A stretch of DNA of 64,000 bases, from NCBI GenBank assembly GCA_002269645.1, contig NIVC01003543.1, positions 28,079 through 92,078 of the forward strand, written 5' to 3'. Under the pieces are notes generated by a model that saw only the letters and a list, made by a program, of their open reading frames with translations, was not told where the DNA came from and did not search any database. Below are positions 57,696 to 64,000 of the stretch, piece by piece; positions within the stretch are counted from its first letter, which is position 1; each line of letters begins with the position of its first letter. The position numbers were made by a program, and so were the translations under genes. Source of the DNA: Macrostomum lignano (lineage: Eukaryota).

Positions 57696-58857
57696 ATGGT
57701 ATCACTGCCGGTGATCTTGGCGCTAATCTTTGCGGTTGATGCAGAAATATGTGAGTACTTGCCTTTGCGATAGTTGCATGTATAGAAAGATACAATTGAA
57801 AGCTATAATCTCAACGCAACCATCCCCGAAATAAAAAATCCCCAGTGACGCATGAGTTTGAGCTCGATCCAAACTCGTCAAACCCTGTCACCGAGTTCGC
57901 CCGAGTGACCAGGTCGGTCGCCACCAACAAGATTCACTGCGCCGCTCTGTGCAGCAGGAGCAGCGACTGCCGGACATTTAGCTACTCGCCGGCCAGCTCC
58001 GAGTGCCGGATGTCGAATGAGGAACCTGGAGGCCTAGACAGTGACGGCCTCCCGGTTTACAACTCCGGTAACAGAAGACGCGCAGGTGAGCTCAAAAAGA
58101 AGAGTGCGTGCATTTAATACAATGTTCTAGTACGAGAGTTTCTGAGAATTAATTTTACATGCATGTACATTCAAACCTCGACAGCGACCGGCTCTCTCTG
58201 CAATCGAACAGTTGTGACAACGACTGACGGTCGCCTGTTCTGCCCCATCCAGCAGCGGGTGAGCGACACCGACTTCCAGCAGCCGTGGAGCGCTTACAAG
58301 ACCGGCTTTGGCGACGACGTCAACTACTGGATTGGTGAGCTCTGCTTCTTGTAGTACATTAATTATTTCGATCTTATTGGAGTATTAACTTTTCTGGACC
58401 TTTTTGACACTCGGCAGGCCTAGAAGCAATCCACCAGCTCAGCTCGGCTTCCGCTAACGGAGTCACTCTTCTCGTCCAAGTTGTAACCTGGGAGGACAGC
58501 GTGCTGCAGTATCAGGAGTACTCGAACTTTCTCGTCCGAAATGCCAGCTCCAACTACACAATGACTGTCGGGCCTGTTGTCGAAAAAAAATCGAACGCTC
58601 CCGAAAGCAAGTTGAGCTACAGCAACGAAGAGATGTTTTCTACTAAGGATCAGGACAATGACAAGTTCGTTGGAGCGTCCTGCTCAAACGTGTATCATGG
58701 AAAAGGCGGCTGGTGGTTCGAAGCTTGCACCCTCTTTAACCCGAACGGGATTTACTCTGCCGAACAGGCCCTGGGTGAAAACTGGATGAGCTGGATGCGC
58801 AGCGGCGAATGGAGATCGTTGAAGGCGATGCGTCTGCTGCTGCTCATTGCTCCCTGA
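57696..58857 (+). CDS. Secreted PAN/apple + fibrinogen C-terminal domain (FReD) protein, ~294 aa; exons 57696-57750, 57846-58085, 58185-58334, 58418-58857
   Basis: Signal peptide; PAN-like CAALCSRSSDCRTFSY; FReD motifs IQQR, WSAYKTGFG, YWIGLEAIHQL, FSTKDQDND, GGWWFEAC, NPNGIY; GT-AG phase-1 introns all consistent. Confidence 0.88.
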
Positions 58858-59431
58858 TCCGGCATTTCGAGAGTTGGACGCGCTACAAAGTGATGGAATA
58901 GTGAAATGACAAAGGAGAACATACTTGAAGATACGATTGTTGTGCCGGCGTGCACTTGCACTGTTGAGTGATCTATTCAGCCCTCAGCGCGGGTGCACCC
59001 GTCAGTGCACCATTCCTCACGCGCCCGCCGCCCCCAGCTTTGTCTGAAGGTTAAGAAGTTTACGCGCGCCGCCCCACCTCCCTTTCTGTGTGATTGGCTG
59101 AGCTGCCCTAGCTGGCTAGTTGTGATTTGTTCTTTGTGCCGGCCAATCGGCGGCCGAGAATTGGCTTTGGACTTTTGTGCGTAGTAAATATAAATATGAG
59201 TTGGAGTAGAGCGAGGGAGAGCGCGCCTTTATGAGCCTGTCTCGACGAATCAATATATAACGAGCAGCGCATTAATATTAGAAACCTCTCGGCCGCTCTG
59301 CCTCGATCTCACCGTGATTCGCAGCTATCGGTTTTTACAGAGACAAACAGTATGAGATTCATCCGCTTTATTTGCGGGTGAACTGCTTTATTCCCTCGTT
59401 CAAGTTGTGGGAGATCTAGGGACGGACCGGC

Positions 59432-62400
59432 TCAGTGTCTTGATGCGATCTCACGCTCAGTTATTGAACTCAGTCCGGCCAGCGGACTGAAGCGATCCCA
59501 GGCTCGCCCGCTGAAGGGAGTCTGCGACATTCTAGCCCAGGCATTGTCACAACACAATTGAATATTTGATTTTTCTTTACGGTCAGATAACGAACCGTTA
59601 GTTAAACCCCATTTGATGCAATTCACGCAATGATTCATTAGAAACAAACGAACGGCTGGGCTAAGCTGCAGACTATGCTCGAATCGTATCAAGTTGTGTT
59701 TTTCTGGTTAAACCGAAAACTTTAAAATGAAATGGTGTATTTAGAAATACAAAATACATGATTCTCTAGTCCTTAGATGAACAGAAAATCGCATGAGAAA
59801 GTCCTTGATCGATTCGTCCAACTTAACAGGAGACCTCAAGACTTTTCCCTCAGTGTCACCTCCAGCTGAGGCAGACTTCGCCTGCGTATCCGATCCAACA
59901 GGAAGGTCGCCCCGCCGAGTTTCAGAATTGACGACACCGCGGCTTCCGCCCGTTTCTGTCTCGGTTGGATGGCAGAATCTGCCGCTGCTGGGCTTTGCAG
60001 AGCGAGCGCTCGAATCAGTAGGCGACCCTTGGGCGGCTGGTTCATGGCGATGTTCTGGAGTGAATTGATTAGGTCAGTATTGATAGATTGATTGGTTAAC
60101 TGAAACTGCTCATTTTATTGGTCATAACTATATGTGTATTCTTCAAGATTCAATGCTGCAATGCGAGCAATAAATAAGCGCAATTGATGACTTGACGCAC
60201 CTGAATGACCCTAACTGCCAGCACATCGTCTATCGCATCCGACACCCAGCCGCCGGAACTGTCACAGGTGGCCCGCATCAGTCTGGTCTGTAACCGCATC
60301 TGCCGACACTCGAGGTCAGTTTGAGCAACAATGTCTATGGCCAGGGTCCAACTGCTCAGGTCGCGCCGCTCGTAGTCTAGATATAAACGAGTAAAAGACT
60401 CAAAAGTCAGTCTTCCACCCGTGCGGTGGAAGAAAAAACAGTTCATAAAAAGGTCACCGAACTTTTTGGCATTTTAGGCACAACGATTCAGCTTGCCTCG
60501 TACATATCGCCAGTCCTTGCCGACAGGTGCAGGGTCAAAGCCACATTAGGCTTTGCATTCGGAAACAATTTGCTTCCAGTTTCCACGCTTCTTTTCCTTG
60601 CTTGGTTACGGAAATAGAATAGGGACCAAAAAGGGCTGCCTTCATTTCCGCAACTTTAACGCACAAATTGTAATTTTTGCTGGTTTTGCATTGTACATGC
60701 ACCTTTCGCTCTTGAATTCACACTTTAAGTGAACTTTAGGTGCAAATTGTAGAGCACAATCGACCAACAGTCCTAAGTATTTGCGCAATAATTTCATACC
60801 CACCCGCAACTCCTAGAGTTTAGCTCTTGAGTGGTTTGTCGGACAAGATTTAGAGTCACTCTTGAACCAGGAGACTCTTGGCTCCTGGGACTTGACTGTA
60901 CTCCTAGCTTTATAGAACGGACCCCTATGCAACTCTTCAAAAACAGTCACCGAAAAGCCTGCACGTGTCCGTCAAATGCCTGCTTACCTTCGAGAGCGCG
61001 TAGCGAGAGTTGAAAGCTGTGCAGGCAAAGCAGCCCGTTGGCTTCGTCGAGTCGAGCGCTGAACCGACACGAGGCGACAGCGCGTCCAGCATCTCGGCTA
61101 GCTTCATCAACTGATTTCTTTCTACGCGTCGTATTTGTCTGCAGCAGACTCTCGTACGTGTAGTTACTGCTCGGCTTGCTGAAGATGAAGCGGTGCATGA
61201 TTGGGACGCTCTCACTGGCTCCTGCAGCCTCCTGGTTGTCATCGGCGCCCGGCTCTACCGTCTCGAGTTCCTCGTAGTCAACTTCGGATCCATTGTCATC
61301 AATGTCGACAGCGCTGTCCTCGGTGGCGGCACTTTTGAACTCGTGCTCGGTGGTGGCGGCTCGTTGCGTGAATTTCAGGACCAGAACAACCGCGACCGAG
61401 GCCACTACGAATAGGACGCCGGCCAGGGCTGCGATCTCGTGAGAGTAGGGCGTGTTGAACTCGATCCCGGCCAGGCCTAGCGATGAATGGTTGGGTGACT
61501 GCTGTACTTAAGCTTACTTGTTTCTATTTATGGCAGTGTTGTTTGGGTAGGTTTCCTTGGGTCACGAATTTTCTGGGTGAGAATCTTAGGTTGCAGACTC
61601 GATTGGGTGAGAAGAGCATCGATCTCGAATGAGAAGATCACCGTTGTTGAGACTCTTTAGAATGAGAAGATCAATGTTTTCAATACTCTTCTCAAATGAG
61701 ATCACCGTTGTTGAGACTTTGAGACTTTTCTCAAATGAGATCACCGTTGTTGAGACTTTGAGACTCTTCTCAAATGAGAAGATGACCGTTGTTGAGACTC
61801 TTCTTGAATGAGATAATAATAATATAAAATAATAACTGACTACACCTGCCCTAATGGGCAGATGTGCAACCGACAGCTCAGCCGCAGCAATTGCGGCGCA
61901 TCTGAAGGCTGCGTACGGTTGTTCAGTCCAAGGACCCATTTTACAGGCTGGGTGAACTGAAGCAATGCAGAGTTACTGGTAAGTGTCTTGATCAAGGACA
62001 CAAATTGTTCCAGTAGGATCGGGAATCGAACCCCGACCTTCAAGTGGTGAGTCCGACGCTCTGACCACTAGGCTACAACCCTTTGTAGCCTCTCGATTCG
62101 ATTCTCGATTCTCGGATCTCGAATGAGAAGGTCACCGTTGTTGAGACTCTTCTCAACGCGATGATCCAAACTGTGAATACATTTGGGGAACTAGGAATTC
62201 TTATTCAGAATTTGAGAGCTATCGATAGCAGGACTCATATGATGTGAGGTTCTGCAAATATTGCAGACACCGCAGACTCACTCGAAGTCTCTGAATTCCC
62301 GGCAGCGCCGCCAGCAGACGCTGAGGACAGAGATTCCATCGGACTTGGATGTTGCTGAGCTGCTGTTGCTCCAGTTGTAGTCGTATTTTCGCCGGAAACC

Positions 62401-62465
62401 CGCTGCCAGCAATGAAACAGCTGTAGCAACATCAGCAGCAGAAGCGGCACTAATAGCAACCGCAT
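59432..62465 (-). CDS. Orphan type I membrane protein (~439 aa); inferred exons 62465-62282, 61476-60988, 60418-60201, 60054-59860, 59665-59432
   Basis: Signal peptide MRLLLVPLLLLMLLQLF, short S/T/A-rich ectodomain, TM segment IAALAGVLFVVASVAVVLVL, acidic linker. Exon phases chain into one frame, but the exon-3 acceptor reads CACGG instead of CAG. Confidence 0.55.
61620..62160. repeat. ~36-bp minisatellite (AATGAGAAGATCACCGTTGTTGAGACTCT...) interrupted by the SINE
   Basis: Copies on both sides of the SINE. Confidence 0.8.
61813..62081 (-). mobile_element. tRNA-derived SINE with V-domain-like core and (ATT)-rich tail
   Basis: A box TAGCCTAGTGG, B box GGTTCGATTCC, core TGTGTCCTTGATCAAGACACTT...CACCCAGCCTGTAAAATGGG, AT-rich tail. 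Confidence 0.8.
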
Positions 62466-63009
62466 TTCTGCTTCAGTGTGTGAAAAATGCTCAAAAAACA
62501 CAGGAAGCTCAGCTGGATCAGAATAGGTTCCCAGCGCAGCGGCTGCTCATGCGGGGGGGGGCTGATCCTGAACAACAAAATAGCGGAGGTGAGGAGGGGC
62601 GAGGAGAGACGGAAGCTTCTCCTCTCCTCGTTTCCAACCGACAATTTGAGCTCGTCTAAGCAGTCACGAGTGGCGTGACTCTGCTCCACCCGGTTACCAG
62701 ACAGTTGCACTCTGCCCAGCAGAACCTGTCTACTCCGAGAGCTCTGCTTTCGGGTCGATAAGGCAGACAGTGGCAACCCGGCTGGTGGGCGAGAGGCAAG
62801 CCGATTTTGTATTCGACTCCAAGTACCCGGGAATTGTCACGATTGAAATAAAATAGTGCGAGAAATTCCGGGCTTCGATTGGCCGCCATTCAATGCGCTG
62901 TCTTTTAGGGTTTTTTGTGAAACTGAAAATATTCGGGCTAAGCGAACGCACAAGCGACTGAGCATTTTTGGCCTCGCTTCTAAATTCTCCCAGTTATTTA
63001 TCGTTTCCA

Positions 63010-63482
63010 TCCTCGATCTCTGCCTCTATTCTCTCCCATTCCGCACTCTATCCCTGCCTCTATTCTCTCTCATTCCGCACTCTATCCCTGCCTCTATTCT
63101 CGCTCATTCCGCACTCTATCTCTGCCTCTATTCTCTCTCATTCCGCACTCTATCTCTGCCTCTATTCTCTCTCATTCCGCACTCTATCCCTGCCTCTATT
63201 CTCTCTCATTACACCCTCTATCCCTGCCTCTATTCTCTCTCATTACACCCTCTATCCCTGCCTCTATTCTCTCTCATTCCACCCTCTATCTCTGCCTCTA
63301 TTCTCTCTCATTCCACCCTCGATCTCTGCCTCTATTCTCTCTCATTCCGCACTCTATCCCTGCCTCTATTCTCTCTCATTCCGCACTCTATCCCTGCCTC
63401 TATTCTCTCTCATTCCACACTCTATCCCTGCCTCTATTCTCTCTTATTCCGCCCTTTATCTCTGCCTCTATTCTCTCTCATT
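63010..63482. repeat. 34-bp pyrimidine-rich minisatellite (TATTCTCTCTCATTCCGCACTCTATCCCTGCCTC)
   Basis: About 14 tandem copies. Confidence 0.95.
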
Positions 63483-64000
63483 TTAATTTAAATTTTAACT
63501 CCTGTCATTCGCTCTAACAAGGTCTTTGCCATTTTATCCTTTAATTCTCTTATTTAGCAAAAAAATAGCGACAAAATATTCTACATTACCTACTGACGCT
63601 TATTCTTTTAGTAGTATCAGTAGCTTGTTTGCGATAAAATAATCGATTTCAGTACTATTCAATAATCTCAAATCTCAAAGCAAATCTTATAAGTAACAAC
63701 TCGCAGATTATGTTACGCAGTTCCATGTAAGAGACTATTCGCACTCCGAAAAGTACAAATCCCTTTGATCCCGATCCGCCCACTACATAAGACAGTAATT
63801 CCCGTCCCCTACGTTGTGTGCCATCTTTGTCTGAAGCCGGGCTGTCTCGGAACTACATATTAATCCCTTAATCTCTTAATCTCTAGGCGGAAATCATTGG
63901 ACAGCATATGCATACATAGGGGACCTTCGACTGAATGATGAACTGAAACTGCATGGGAAACTGTGCTGCCTGCAGCCTTGCAGAAATGCATTGAAATCTT

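Noticed and set aside
62010-62081. tRNA-Val(CAC) gene
   Set aside because: Anticodon and acceptor stems do not pair, and the sequence continues into a SINE body and tail.

Overview
Eukaryotic (metazoan) genomic DNA with spliced GC-rich exons and minisatellite-packed introns; a Macrostomum-like flatworm origin is a guess. The first 37.5 kb is dominated by one nested mobile-element complex. A 33.8-kb Mutator/Foldback-like DNA transposon (3729-37516) has an exact 9-bp TSD (GGCGATTTT) and ~2.6-kb terminal inverted repeats that end internally in 10/11-bp tandem arrays. It encodes a disrupted MULE transposase fused behind a vertnin/OTU-like cysteine-protease domain (minus strand) and a convergent orphan ORF (plus strand). 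Its left arm is split by a 21.2-kb array of five non-identical, non-autonomous Helitrons joined exactly head-to-tail (CTAG|TC). Each Helitron carries a tRNA-like A/B-box head followed by an expanded minisatellite, and one unit is a chimera holding a 1,485-bp higher-order repeat. The last 26 kb is host gene territory: a PAN/apple + C-type lectin gene (frameshifted), a secreted three-finger (Ly6/uPAR) gene, a lysosomal/prostatic-type acid phosphatase, POLE2 (5 exons), a PAN + fibrinogen-domain gene and an orphan type I membrane protein, plus two LINE fragments, a tRNA-derived SINE and many unrelated minisatellites. A hAT MITE lies at 2858-3040. All family assignments come from motif recognition by eye; no database search was run.
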